Shown one piece after another: positions 37,716 through 51,582 of a stretch of DNA of 64,000 bases. The notes below the pieces were generated by a model. The model saw only the letters and a list, made by a program, of their open reading frames with translations, was not told where the DNA came from and searched no databases. Position 1 is the stretch's first letter. The number at the start of each line of letters is the position of its first letter. The position numbers and the translations under genes were made by a program. Location of the stretch: positions 48,422,001 through 48,486,000 of the forward strand of contig NC_043008.1 in assembly GCF_006345805.1 (NCBI RefSeq), read 5' to 3'. The DNA is from Octopus sinensis. Its lineage: Eukaryota.

Positions 37716-38174
37716 GTAATAATTTGCTTTGGAATTTCCTCTATACCATTTTTGTTTTTGGCAAAATAATGGCAGGAGATGAAAAAATACATTCAAACAC
37801 AACCAGAAACATTATTTTCATGAAAATATGTTTTAAAGAAGTAGGTTTTGTCAATCAAAAACAGAGATTATGGACTAAAGATGAAACTACTAACTTTCCA
37901 AAACTGAAAAATTTGACATGACCTGATTATTCATTATGACAATAATTAAGATAACATTAAGATAATTTTTAAAATAGTACCAACAAGTATGTGGAAGTCA
38001 TTACTGTAATTTCTTATAATTATTAACAATCAATATTAATTATTACAAATTGAATATAAACCAGACACAAAGAACTCTAAAAGACTTTGTCTCCAATTCC
38101 GGTAGGAGATGGAAAGGCAGCTGTGCACAGAACTGAAGAGGCAGCAGAAAGAGCCCCTTGCTTGGTTTTTCTGG

Positions 38175-38460
38175 CAGCACTGCATCAGTTACAACAATGA
38201 GGGTTCCAGTTGATTGAATCAACAGAACAGCCTACTCATGAAATTAATGTGCAAGTGGCTGAGCGCTCCACAGACACATGTACCCTTCATGTAGTTCTCA
38301 GGGAGACTAAGCACAACACAGAATGTGACCCAGCTGAGTGAACTGGAGCAACAGGAAATTAAAGTGTCTTGCTCAAGGACACAATTCATCACTGAGAATT
38401 GACGTCCCTACCTTATGATTGTGAGCTGAATACCCTAACCACTTAGCCATGCACCTTCAC
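38175..38460 (-). mobile_element. SINE family D
   Basis: Homologous to 31242-31559; CAGCTGAGTGAACTGGAGCAAC..TCTTGCTCAAGGACAC..CCTAACCACTTAGCCATGC. Confidence 0.82.
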
Positions 38461-40421
38461 CTTCCTTGGTCAAGGAATAAAAGTGATATGAGTTAAACTG
38501 GAAGCCAAAAGGCAATGACCACCACTAACCTGGCAAACTTTGTCCATGGACAATGGCATCAATTTCTCCTGGGTAAAGCTACATTCACCAAAGGCAAATG
38601 AAAGAGAAGCACATCTTTTATATGTAATCAATTTCCTTGAATAATAAATTTGTTTTTAAGAGTGTTCATTTTGACATGATTTATTTCAGATATTCTCATT
38701 TTAAAATTCCTCACCAGCTAATCATTGAGAGTATGGTGGTGTTACCTTGGTGGAGGTTTGCACTCTCTGAGTGATCTTGTTATTATTATTATTATTGTTG
38801 TTGTTATTGTTATTATTACTACTACTCCTATTATAAAAAGGACATTTATCTGTAAGACCAAGTGTTCCAACAAGAAGCAGAGAGATGAATACAAAACAGT
38901 TTTGTTAAAATAGATATTAAAAAGTTAACAATTAATCCAAGTAGGAACAGAAAGTCAAACACCTTAATTCAATTCCAATACAACTAATAGTAACTAAGAT
39001 TAATAATTACTGTAATCAATAATTGCAATCTATTACAAATTATAATATGGTATGGAGTTTCTTAATTATAACACATTCTAGTTTCAGGTTACAAAGTTCC
39101 ATTGAAATTTACTACAACTCTCACACTTGAAAAAGACTTAGCTGAGTAGAAAATGCTAAAACAGATATAAAAACTATTAATACCACTGACATTTCTTGAT
39201 ATTTTAGCAGGGCTACAGTTTTGAAAAACCTGTGAGAAGGAAAATGTTGTAGGTAAAAGAGGTGAAGTGATAAGACAAAGAAATAAAGTCAAAAGGTTTG
39301 TTATAAACCTACAGAGAAAGCTGAGTAAACACAAAGGCTAACAAAACACAGATGAGTTTATATAAAGGAACATTTTACAATACATTAGTGCAAGTGTATA
39401 CATTTTTTACAGACAGTTTACAGCTGTTTGTTTTCTGCCTATAACATTTCTAAAGCTGGGTAAAGACATGAACCTTCGAGTCTGATGCCTAGTACGAATA
39501 TGAAGAGACATCTACACATATGTACACTTGAAGACCACATCTAGAACACTTGATATCAATATTTGACTAGCATTCGGTTCTCATTCTCTTCTCAAAGACA
39601 CACAACAAAATAGTACCTCATAGCATGGCTCTAATATCATGCCATTTCTTTTTTTCTATCTCTTTAATGTTTCATTTAATAAATCCAGTAATCCAGGTTA
39701 AATCTATGTCAGTGCAGTAATTGTATATCCATCCAGATGAAGACAAACACAAAAAATGTGGTTTGGGGTTTTAATGTGTTGTGGAAGATGAAGGGGAAGA
39801 GTATGAGTGTGTGTGTGTGTGTGTGTGTGTGTGGATGGGGGGGATTCATACTTCCTGTTGTTTTATTAAGGAAGGCATCTTGGAATCTAGGAACTTTGGG
39901 GAACAAGAGTCTACATGCAAGCATGTATGTACAGTCATATATGCAATAATGAGAGAAAGTGAAGTAGGCATGAGGCGGCAAAGCTAAAAACTATTACTTT
40001 TTTGCTGCTAACCTACATCAATCTGTGTGCTTGCCTTTCTCTTCTCTCAACACTTTACACAATCTGGTTAATTTCTTTAGCTGCCATTTCAGGTTCCAAT
40101 AATTGCATATTATCTTTCTCCCATACCTTGTAATGTTTTAACAAGTTAACCATTTTGGGAAAGATTCCTCACACACATTATGCTGAGCTCTTCACCCATT
40201 TTTGGGTTAGTAAAGTGATAAGATCTATTAATCACAGACTTTAAATCATAAAATAAGTACTTTATGTTAATCAGCCGTTAAATAAGAATGGAAATTATCA
40301 GTTGACTAAGAGAGAGAACTATTCTTTGATAAACACAAAGTTTACAGTGAAGTTTGAACTCAGGAATCGTAATTCTAGTCAACCAAAAAAAATCAATCGT
40401 AGAAATTTACCAACCAAAACA

Positions 40422-40828
40422 AGGGCATAGGTGCAGGCATAGCGGAGAAGCAAATTTCTTAATAACAGGGTTTTGGGTTCAGTCCTACTGAGCAGCACAC
40501 ATCTTCTACTGCAGCCTAAAGTCAACCAATCACCTTGCAAGTGAATTTGGCTGGCAGAAACTCTGTGGAAGCTTGTCATACATGTGTTTGTGTGTGTGTA
40601 TCCCCTCCACCTGATAACTAGAGTTAGCTATATATAAGACATGGATAACTAGTGTTAGTTTATTTAACTCCCTCTAACTTAGTGGTCCAACAATAGAGAA
40701 TGATAGAATAAGTACCAGATTTACAAAATATAAGTACTAAGATTGATTTGGTCAACTAAATTCTTCAAGGCAGTGACCCAATATGGCTGCAGTCCAATGA
40801 CTAAAACAAGCAAAAGAATAAAAGATAT
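40422..40828 (+). mobile_element. SINE family A, diverged
   Basis: GGGTTCAGTCCTACTG head; GATAGAATAAGTACCAG..ATGGCTGCAGTCCAATGACTAAAACAAG tail. Confidence 0.8.
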
Positions 40829-41737
40829 AGTTCCACAATGGGGAGGAACCAACCAGAGAGCCTCACTAGCCCTGCCAGAAAAATAGCAGCCAAATTTCAC
40901 TCACAATTACACCTTTTTATCTTAAACACTAAAGAAGGAGACAATGAATAGTGTAGTTCAAGATAGACTATGTCAGGAAAAAATGGGAGTGGCCATCAGG
41001 ACTGGAATATTTTGATCATAAGTTTGCTTAGTTAGGGCTGACCTGTGGTTAAACAACAACATTGGGAAGACTATTCCACAAGCATTATATATCCACATTA
41101 GCTGATAATGGATGAATAGGACAGACACACGTGCACACACACAGAACCAGATACATATATAGAGAGAGAGAGAGAAAGAGAGATTGTTTGAATTGGATTA
41201 AAAACAATGACTGATTGTGTCATGAAATAGGAAATTCTTAACAAGCTGAGTCCATAATCCAGTTTTGATTCCTAGTTAATGCTTTCTCTACCTCCACCCC
41301 CATTTACATCCCTTTATCCATAAAATGTGGTACCCATGTACCATATTTACCTCCCGTAAATTTCAAAGCTTGCATCTAGTCAAAAGCAATCAATAATGAT
41401 TCCACCACCACCCCTAAGGCAAGAACTGCTGCCAGAATTAGGAATAAATGGGTATTTCTGCTGCTTTCCCCACATTACTTGAAACATGGAAATAGAAGCA
41501 GGTAACTACAAAGTTCTGATTGTGAAAACATCAAAGAATTAGTAAATTGGTTTGGCTGAACCATTATACAGAATGTGGGCCCAACAGGAAATTCTTCACA
41601 TGAATGGTTTAATTAAGATAAAAGCTATGTAGCTATGGAAGTAAAAAACCATGGCCATCTAGTTGAAGCTATATTTTCGGAATAGATCAACAACAACTTC
41701 ATTTATCAGGCTGTTTGTGGCAGCCACCATCTTTTAT

Positions 41738-42110
41738 CTTTTACTAATTTCAATCATTAGACTGCAGCCAGGATGGGGCACTGCCTTCAAGAATTTTAAT
41801 CAAACAAATCAACCCCAGTAATTCCCCACCACCACCACCGCCTAAAATGGTATCTATTCTATCAATCTTTGTTGCCAAACTGCTAAGTTACAGGGATGTA
41901 AACACAACACCAGTTGTCAAGCAGTGGTGGGGAACAAACACACACACACACACAACAGGCATCTTTCAGTTTCTATCTACCAGATCCACTCACAAGACTT
42001 TGAACAGCCGAAGGTTACAGTAGAGGACACTTGCCCAAGGTGTGACACAGTGGGACTGGACCTGGAATCATGTGGTTGGTAAGCAAACTTCTTATTACAT
42101 AGCCATGTTT
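41738..42110 (-). mobile_element. SINE family A
   Basis: Reverse-complement head ACACTTGCCCAAGG..CAGTGGGACTGGACC and tail CATTAGACTGCAGCC. Confidence 0.85.
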
Positions 42111-42195
42111 GATCAGAATTCAGAATTTCTCAAGCAAAAAAATTATTCAGATTCAATGCTCAGTTTTCTCAGTAGGAAACTGACCATGATTTGGT

Positions 42196-42489
42196 GTTCT
42201 GACCAAAGCCTTATAAATAGATATGGCAGACAGAAATCGAAAGAAGCCTGCCGTGTCTTCTTGTCCTGACACCAAGTGACAGTTGTAAATAAGTGTCACT
42301 ATCACAGAGGTGATGCCCTTCGTTTCCAATCTTCAGTGAAAAAGAGACGAGTCTGAATCAGAAGAAATAATACTTTGCTTGGAAACAGGAGGTTGGCAAT
42401 GGAAGCGCATCCAGCCATAGAAAATCTACCTTCATGAATTTCATCTGATCCATGTGAACATGGAAAAGTGGAAGTCGAAATGATGATGT
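42196..42489 (+). mobile_element. SINE A2, 5'-truncated
   Basis: GACCAAAGCCTT..GAAAGAAGCCTG..GGTTGGCAATGGAAGCGCATCCAGCCATAGAAAATCT..GAAATGATGATG. Confidence 0.8.
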
Positions 42490-42549
42490 CCCAGGTTCAA
42501 AATGATGCAACAGAGTTGATGACTTAGCAGGCAAAAATATAGATAATCA

Positions 42550-42915
42550 AACATGGCTGTTTGCACAGTTAAGAATTTCGATGAGCAACTACAGGATTCC
42601 AGATCTGACCACCCCTCAGCCAGATCTTGGGCAAGTGTCTTTACTACAGCCTCATACTGGCCAAGAGATTTTGAATGGTATTTGATAGACATTGTGAAGG
42701 AACCGTGTGCATGGTGCATGCATGTGTGTGTGTGTTTACATTAAAATCAGTTGAAAAACCAATGTTGTTTATGCTGAGCCTCATTATATTGAGTAACTTA
42801 GTAATTCAACAAACAGATATTGATATACTAAGTACCATGCTGATATAAGTACTGGAGTTGATATGAGTGACTAAATCCCCTGAAGGCAGAGCTCCAGCAT
42901 GGCCTCAGTGGCCTG
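42550..42915 (+). mobile_element. SINE family A, diverged
   Basis: TCTTGGGCAAGTGTCTTTACTACAGCC..AAGTACTGGAGTTGAT..GCTCCAGCATGGCCTCAGT. Confidence 0.7.
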
Positions 42916-42919
42916 GAAA

Positions 42920-43025
42920 AATAAAGTGCCTTGTCCAAGAAAACAATGCACACTGGGCTTAAGAACTGAACTCACAATCTTTAAGATCACAAGCCTAAAA
43001 GCCTGGCTACTAAGCCATGCACCTC
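42920..43025 (-). mobile_element. SINE family D head fragment
   Basis: AAAGTGCCTTGTCCAAG..ACTAAGCCATGCACC. Confidence 0.5.
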
Positions 43026-43569
43026 TATGATCATTTTGTTTCTTCAACTAATGGATCGAATTTTACCGATTGATCATTGTTTGCTATATAAAGCATAAAC
43101 TACAACTTTGCAATTCAACTCCATCTTGTGAACTTTCCTCCTATCAATAACTGCAAAGATGAGCCAACAAAGGAGACTGTATGTGTGTTATTCAGCATAC
43201 TTCATACAGCAGCCAAACTCAAATCACAACTTACAATCTTAAAAAAATAAAAGGACACATTTGATAATGGAGTCCTAGATACACTATGCACAAAAGAAAG
43301 AAGGTAGGATGGTCACAAGGTAGATCTAGACTAAACAACAACTTTTGCAAATTAGAAGCAACTGAGCCAATTTTTGATACTCAGGTTTCCACAAGACAAT
43401 GTTTAATGGAAATATTCCAATTAGCCTGTTTGGTAATTATTGAAATGCTATTACAACAAAGAACAACCCAATAGAAACTAGTGGTAACATGATGTTACTG
43501 GTATTTAGTCAATCACTCATCAGAAAGTTACTGGCTTCTATTGCGAGTCTATTCTCATCTAAGATGCTT

Positions 43570-43685
43570 TATAGGATTATAAATCAACACCAGTTCTTCA
43601 CTGGAGCTTATTGTATATTGATCTTGAGAGCATGAAAGATAAAGCTAATCTCAGCAGGACTGGAATTCAGAACATAAAGGGACCT
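43570..43685 (-). mobile_element. SINE B fragment
   Basis: GCATGAAAGATAAAGCTAATCTCAGCAGGACTGGAATTCAGAAC. Confidence 0.5.
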
Positions 43686-44534
43686 AACTAAATACCACAA
43701 TATATTTTGTGAGGGACATCAAGGAATCTGTCAGATTAAAAGAAATAATAAAAAGTTCTTCAAAGAGATATTTTGTAATTCTATATATAGTCTCATTGAC
43801 ATATTTTGATCTGGAAGGCAGAGGTGGAGGATTGATATAAAGAACTGAAGAATTAAATCTAAAGGAGATGATATAAACTTTAGTTATGTTCCATCCGAAA
43901 CTCTTTGTAAAATGATACCCTTTGAACTCAAAACAGACATAAGCACTTTTAATACTTACCATATTGGATAGGTTTAGATTATAGGGAAAGTTAAGTGAAA
44001 GCTAAAGAAAGGGCTCCAACACCAAAGAACAAAAATATTGAATCAGTATAAAAGAAGAAAAAAAAAGAATATGGTGGCTTCTTAACAAAACAAGAGAATA
44101 TCTCTTCAAAAGTATGTAACATGAAATTGTAATGTAATCACAACAGTAAATAAACATGACCAAGTAATGGGAGAGAGTTTAAATTGGTCCAACATTGTAG
44201 TAAACCAGGGAAATCAGAAGACTTTAAGTGGAACCAATATAATATCAGTTATTGCTAAATTCACTCTCTACTTTCTAAACCTTGGAAATTAAAATGACTA
44301 TAAAAAAAAATGATATGGAACTTACTCATAATCCTACCCCAGCCTGTAAGCTTTCAAAGTTGCTTAAGCCTTTAGTGACAGACCAGACAGAGGAAGGAAC
44401 CCCCAAACAGCAGGAGTCATACTGGATACATGAATGTTGCTCATCTTTCCATTGATCTCTTTTCTTATTGATCCCCAATAATAAGTGAAGTAAACTCAAA
44501 GCAAGCACACTATGTACCTAACAAAGCATCATCA

Positions 44535-44720
44535 CTATTTTAATGTCCACTTTTCCATAGTTTTATGGGTCAAATGGAATTTGTTGTAGCAGATTTTCAA
44601 TAACCAGATATCCTTCCTGATACCCAAACCATAACCATTTTCAAGCAAGGTAATATGTCTCCATGGACAAACATACAGACACATTTTTATGGAAAACCGG
44701 AAATGAGGACAAAGCTTGCT

Positions 44721-44761
<41 letters not shown>

Positions 44762-44912
44762 CGGATAGGCTTCTTTCAGTTTCTGTCAACCAAATCGACT
44801 CACAAAGCTTTAGTTGACCTAAGACTATAGAAGAAAACATTAGCCCAAGGTGCCACGCAGTGGGAGTGAACCCAAAACACAATGAGGAAAAATTTGAACT
44901 TACAACCATGTT
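44535..44912 (-). mobile_element. SINE A2
   Basis: Reverse-complement head (GCCCAAGGTGCCACGCAGTGGGAGTGAACCC), (CA)n linker, RTE-like tail (TGTCCACTTTTCCAT..GCAGATTTTC). Confidence 0.8.
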
Positions 44913-47802
44913 CAAAGCCATGTACCTTAATCTCACAGCCATTATAAGCCTCACATAAATATATGGGGGTGGGGGAGGAGGCATTATGCAATGTAATCAT
45001 CACCAGACAAGGTAAATCATTTCTAATGTATAGCAAAAGCAATGTTGACAAGGTGAGATTATTGCTAAGCAGACCCACATTAATCTACATATCAAATGTA
45101 ATTCACAATCCTTTCATGCCCACAGCATCTCTTAAAAATTCCATTCCATCACACTCCACCCACTGCCTTAGCATGTATACTGTCCCCTTCAGTACATATC
45201 ACAATAGTTTTGATCTTGTTTAATTTGTATCATGATTTCGTGGCCAGTAATGAACCCTACTCCAGTTTCCTAAGTAAGCAGGATCTGTGTGTACCAGCCG
45301 GAATAGAAATATAAACATACCAAAGAGTAGAGTGCTTTTTAGAGAGAAGCCACTGGGCCAAAAATACCTAAAGAGACCAACATCACCAGAATATTTGCCT
45401 CTAAAACATACATTATTGTGTAACTATGGTTACCTTAGGCTATGAATTAGTGGAGAATGGGTGGAAAGTCAAAATATTGCAAATATATTCATTTTCACCA
45501 TGCTGTGTTGCTACAAAGTGGTCAACAATTTACATAATAATAAGTCAAATAAACTGTAAACAAACTCTTTTCCATAGATTAGTAAATTTGTTGTAAAACC
45601 ACCAGCTTTAATAATTCATGTGCATATACAAACTTGGAGAACTATTAAAACTATATTAGCATACGAAAATAATGTAAAAAAATATATCTCTAAAAATAAA
45701 GATAAACTAAAAGCGATGAGTGAGTGTGTGTGTGTGTGTCTAAATGTGTTTACAAACTGAGAACAGTGAACTCCATGGTATCTCCTTTATTGCAAATATC
45801 AATCATTATGGAAACGGTAAAGATAACATTAGAATCTAGAAACAAAGCTAAATTGTGTTCCTTTTTCTCTGGAACACAGAGACCATTAACAGCTAATTGC
45901 TGATATACTATTGGCTGTGCAAATCAGTGAGCTGATACAATGACGAGTGCTTTACATGCAACAGGTGGCTTTGGGTCAAGCAACTCGTGCGGAAGGTGTT
46001 CAGAACAATGAAAGCAAAGATGGCTGCCAACAAAAAAAGGTCATTCATCTTTAAAATAAGAAAAGATAATTTGTGCTAAATAATTTCTGGCAATCATAGC
46101 CTACTTTTGATAAAATACCTATATAATTGAAGTAAACAGACAGGGGGAAAAAAAAAAAGAAAAGAAAAAAACCCCACATCTCATAACTATCCATAATTAT
46201 TCCATTGAATTCCTGCAAAAGAGCAGACAAGTGATTCCATCAAGAGGCAATAGAAGCAGTCAGGATGGAGCCAAGTACTAACAACAAGAAGAATATCTTT
46301 TGTTAGAAATGCAACAATCAACTGAAGGAGCTAAGAAACGGCTATTGATAGCAGACAGAAATAGGACATAAGTGTCCTTGATATGAAAATGAGAAATGGT
46401 ATTCTTGTATGGATACATTCTTCCAGACACAGACAACAGATCTGTTCATGTTAATACAGAACAACAGAAGATTCCAAACAGAATTCTGATCTAAGAAGTA
46501 AAGCAATAAATATACCAACTCAGAGAATGCATTCTGACATAGAAGTCAATCTAAGTTCTCTTCTTTTGGACATTATGGCTTTTCTTTCTTTTTTTTTTAC
46601 TTATTTGTCCTTATATTCTAAATACAAATACAAAGATTTCTATGAAGCTGTTTGAACCATAATCTGCAGAATTAGTAAAATGTGACACTTTGAAATCATG
46701 ACTGATAATATAGATTATTGAAATGAAAGTTAATTTGAAGCTTTCATATAAATGTGATTTTTCTGCTGAATAGATTCTCTACCTCCTATGCTCTTTAGTT
46801 AATGGTAAATCATAGAATTCACAAACCAACTTGACATACCGTGAATGAACAAATTGGATAATGTGTAGTCTTAGACACACTGTTCCTGAAAAAAAAGTAT
46901 TGAATTGTCACAGCTGGAATATCTGGGTTACACAACAACAAATACAAAATTGGTATTCTTTAGGTTCAAAGATTTTCCAATTCATCCTGATTCTTGCTCA
47001 GAATGGAGTGACCCTTCCTATTTGTCATTAAGATAACCAATGATAATTAGCTAAATTGCTCCAGAATGGACAGAGACATTGAATCAAAAAGTTCCTAATT
47101 GGCTGCTTTATCAGTGCAAGAGAGTAATTAAATACTTTATCAAACTGGTACTTTATTAGTCAAAGAAATATATTGCAAAATTGACGATAGCATTTATTGA
47201 CACAATACTCGAATTTTTTCATGGTAAGAAAATTTTTTTTTAAATGTTAAATGAGAGAGAGAGAGAGAGAGCAATAGATATTATAAATGCAAACAAAATA
47301 AACCAAGAATTCCATGCAATGTTGAAGAAACAGTCATAGTTTTTAGTGCCTAAGCCAAGGATTAAAAAACAAAAATGGCAATGATGTATGACAACTATGT
47401 CAAGAATGAGGAATGATTAATGCCAACATTTCCAAAATGCTTAACCCTTTAAAATACTAATCATATTCTATCTCTGGAAATATCTTAGTCAAAATCTCTA
47501 TTATATTGTAGGTAATGATGAGATACAAACCTAAAGACAATAATTTTGGAAATATTAAAATTCATGGAACCCTAATGAAGAACAGAATGGCATCAGAAGG
47601 AAACTATTCTCCCATCTTCATTCATGGAATGGTTTACAATTGCAGAGCAGAAATCCTTTAAAGCCCTAATCTCTTGTTTTGCTACAGAGTAGTTTTGTAC
47701 AATGTCTGATTGCCTTCAGCTGCGACATTTCAACAGATTTCTTGGTCTACCTTCCAATTTATAATTTTTATCACTTTATTGCGCAGAATACAGTCATGTA
47801 TC

Positions 47803-47998
47803 ACCACCATCATCCGTTGATATCCAGCTTCCATACTGGCATAGGTTGCACAGCTGAACAGGCATCATGCTTTAATGTCTACTTTGACATGATTTCTACA
47901 GCCAGATGCCGTTCCTGATGCTAACCATTTTACAGAGTGGACTGGGTGCTTCTATCCTGACACCAGTATTAGTGACCTCATAACTTGCAAGGCTAAGA
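47803..47998 (-). mobile_element. RTE-type 3' end (family C), diverged
   Basis: CATCATCC..TTCCATACTGGCATAGGTTG..TTTCTACAGCCAGATGCCGTTCCTGATGCTAACC. Confidence 0.7.
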
Positions 47999-49226
47999 AC
48001 TTAAAACAACCTACTGATAAAGATAAAACTTGAAAATGGTCAGACAAAATCAATTTAGAAAATAAAAAAGAAGTTGAATAATAAATCTCTATCTTAGATT
48101 AAGTATAATATTGAGATGGGGGTACAACGGAAGTAATTGCCCCATGGTGTGGCCTATCACACCTGTTAATTAGAAAAGGGCACAAATAGATACCATGCTG
48201 CACCACTAAGGATATCTTTAGATTTTTATTAAAAAATCTTCTTCATTTTTGCTCCTTTTCTCCAATCCTATTATCTGTCACTTTATATCTATACATAACA
48301 ATATTGGATGGAATTTCATTTGATTTTATAAATTGATTTGTTGATTCTATGCGTTCAGTGTTTCTTTTTGCTTTTTGTTTCAATCCAATCTAGAGCACTA
48401 ACATAATTTAATCACTGCTAAATTATCTGTATCTATCTATCATTAAATAACTTAGGTAGCTTTGCGCATCTAGTGTTGAGGGCTTGGTTATTAGAAGGGC
48501 CTGATCAGCTAAAGTGGAAAAGGAAACATGTGACACAATAACAACAATGATGGTAAATATCAAATATGAATAAAGTCCACTTCCTCATGGAGGTGATGCA
48601 GCACTAGCATTTTTTTTTATGTTTTTACTGTCAAGAGACAATACGTATTGCTGGTTTCCTGTTTTGTTTTTTTCTAGATTCCTTGCCAGTATTTGAATTT
48701 TAAACAGCATGGTTATGAATCACATCTGGCTATATACAGTACCTGTAAATGGTACTTCTAGCTAGGTGCAATTAGTAAACCAGTGCGATTCAGTTATGTC
48801 CACCAGACACACATCAAAGACCACATAAATCATACAACCTTCAGTATTACACCAGTATCCAGTCTACTTCGTTGGCTGTGATACTAATGAGGAAGGTACA
48901 GCCAATGAATGCTTAAGTAAACATATTTGAAGCAGACAACAGAAATTATTGCCCCCTATCAAAATATTATCACCTATAAAAACATTACCTCTGGCAATAC
49001 CTACACATATGCTCACTTTATGCTGGAAAATATATTTTTAGCCTTGCTCAAAAATAATCAGAAAGGTTATTTCAGTTGCCACATGTTCTTTCTTTAATAG
49101 GAAATTTTAAAAAAATTTAAGTAGCATTGTACACACACACACACACAATCAATTTCTATGTTCTGCATCACAGAACTGAGAATATTTCATCATACAAGAA
49201 ATTTGCAGAATCTAAAATGCATTTAA

Positions 49227-49432
49227 CCCTTTCGCATTGAAACCAACCATATCCAGTTCAGAGACTCGTTTTATGTTTAATTTGGGCAGATCTGGCTTCT
49301 CACACGTAACCTACAATGTCATCCTAAAAATCAACATTCACATCATTAAAGCTAAAAGATAATGCATGAATACTTGAAAACAATGCAAATAATAAGCACA
49401 GCACTTGACAGAGTAACCTGCATGCTTAAGAG
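49227..49432. mobile_element. piggyBac-type MITE (TTAA-flanked, 206 bp)
   Basis: TTAA|CCCTTTCGCAT ... ATGCTTAAGAG|TTAA: short imperfect TIRs with TTAA on both sides. Confidence 0.75.
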
Positions 49433-49575
49433 TTAAACTATGATTAATGGCAGGAGGAAAGATTGACTCATGAAAGAAAGGATTGAGTCGAAATAGACAA
49501 TATACACCCAGTAACACGTATTGAGTACACTGTTCCTATTTCATTTACAGCTGGTAAAATTTGAATGCACACACT

Positions 49576-49606
<31 letters not shown>

Positions 49607-50837
49607 ACAGAACATTAAGACAGTATGCATGAATGGTTATGAGTTGTGAATATTCAAAAGCTGAATAAGATCTAACAGTCAAAATTGTGATCTTTCACTC
49701 GTCACAAATGCAAATTTTCTCAAGAGGTTTATAAAGTTTATAACTGCAAAATTATTTTAATGCAATACTAAATATATATTCATATCAAAAATATTATTTT
49801 ATACACCCTCTGGTTGTGTGTGTGTGTGTGTAGTTAAATGTCTATAGATGTATATATGTATACCTGTGTGTGTGAGTGAGAGAGAGAGATTTCTTATACA
49901 TGTGTTTTATACTTGCATCCAGACGTATATAAGAAACATGTGTATGTAATTCAATATGCTATTCACACATCAATGCAAATATAAATGCATATATCTGTGA
50001 ATGAAGTGGAGGGAGAATACATTCCCACCACCACCAATTCTTGTGACATTTGAACTCAAATACAGGGGGTGAAGCATGAGGTATTGGTTAAGACTGCCAA
50101 CTGCACTGGTTGCCATTCTGTGAAAGAGTGACATGACTCAGTCGACAAAAGGGGATTAGAAAGATTTAGAAAACAACACACTAACAACAGATGTTGACTA
50201 GATTAAAGCAGAAACTAAAGCCAGGGACAAAAATATGTATTTTTTACCCACTGACCTCTCACTAGAAGACAAATTGAAACAAACTCATATTTTTATTTTC
50301 ATAAGTGTTTCCATTTAATAGTTAATTACAAAATACCCAAACATCTCCATGGTATCATTAATCAGCAACAACCAGCTTAATTACAGTGCTTCGTTAATGT
50401 AGAAAGGGCTTTCAGAATAACTTTTTAAAGTTGAGCCTTGTTTATTTTAGAAAAAGATCAAGTTTTAACAGTGTTTTACTGAATTATGAAGAGAGAAGTG
50501 ACATTTTTCTCTTTTCATCTAATTTATGAAATAACTGTGCAGCAACACTTAAATGTTCAACTCACTGTAAACCCGGTGTTATAAGCACAGAGACAACTCA
50601 CAGTGGCAGATTTTAGAGAAGGTTAGTGCTTCTACGTTAGTTTGCACTGAAGAATGACACTCTTACATGAAGTTGTGGCCAGAAGAAGAGTTAGAGGATC
50701 TTTTCAATTCTGAAGCCAGGACCACAGATCTTTCTACTTAACTAAATATTCTGAAACTTCGTATGCTGATAGAGTCTAGCAAAACAAGACACAGGTTGGA
50801 ACTAGTTTATTTGAGAAAAATCTATTTTATGACTTAA

Positions 50838-51582
50838 TCGTAGATTAAAACTGCGAATTTTAACCAATCAGATTGTTTGTTTTCATGTGTAAAACTTGAC
50901 TGCATTCTATTAGTGTGACGTAGAAAGCGCTTTTGTGACGTACTAACGTTCGGAAAACTGTAAACAAACACAGAACGTAACGGCAGACGAAATACGGCTA
51001 CGCATTTCGCCCGGCGTGCTAACGTTTCTGCCAGCTCTTTGCTTTTTTAATATTAAATTTCTTGCCTTTTGCACAAATAAATACAATAAGTGAAATGAAA
51101 CGCATTAGTTTAGAAACGAAATCTTGTTAGAAGCCTCGTCACTGAGATGCCACTTCTTAATAGCAAACGAAAGCAAGTACTAACAGAATGGAAACATTTT
51201 CAATTTAATACATGTGGCTTATTAACTAGTTTTAAATATTGTTATTAGAAGGTGGCTGACTATAGGATCCTGGAAACACGAGTACGTTAAATAATTAGAA
51301 GGAGATTTCACGGAGACATGCGGCTTGTTTACATTTAAGATGTTTAATACGTCACCAAATTGGTGGTCGAGACGGAGTAAATAAAATAAAGCGAATGACG
51401 GAATATCATTGGTTAAAATTCTAATTATTAAACAACGTTAAACTTAGAAGTTACAATTCCGTTTTCATTCTGGTTTACAATTAAGTTTACTTTTGACACA
51501 TTCTACCAGTATACGAAGTTTCAAATTGTTTGGTTCAGTAGGAAAAATTTGAAAAAACTGGCTTCAGAATTGAAAAGATCCG
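50838..51582. promoter_or_regulatory. CpG-retaining island with CCAAT, CRE-like and forkhead-like motifs (candidate promoter/enhancer, or old palindromic DNA element)
   Basis: I count 33 CpG in 50821-51600 against a strongly CpG-depleted background; mirror-image motif cassettes (see findings). Confidence 0.45.
50972..51037 (-). mobile_element. SINE B 5' head fragment with CpGs intact
   Basis: AGAACGTAACGGCAGACGAAATACGGCTACGCATTTCGCCCGGCGTGCTAACGTTTCTGCCAGCTC. Confidence 0.85.
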
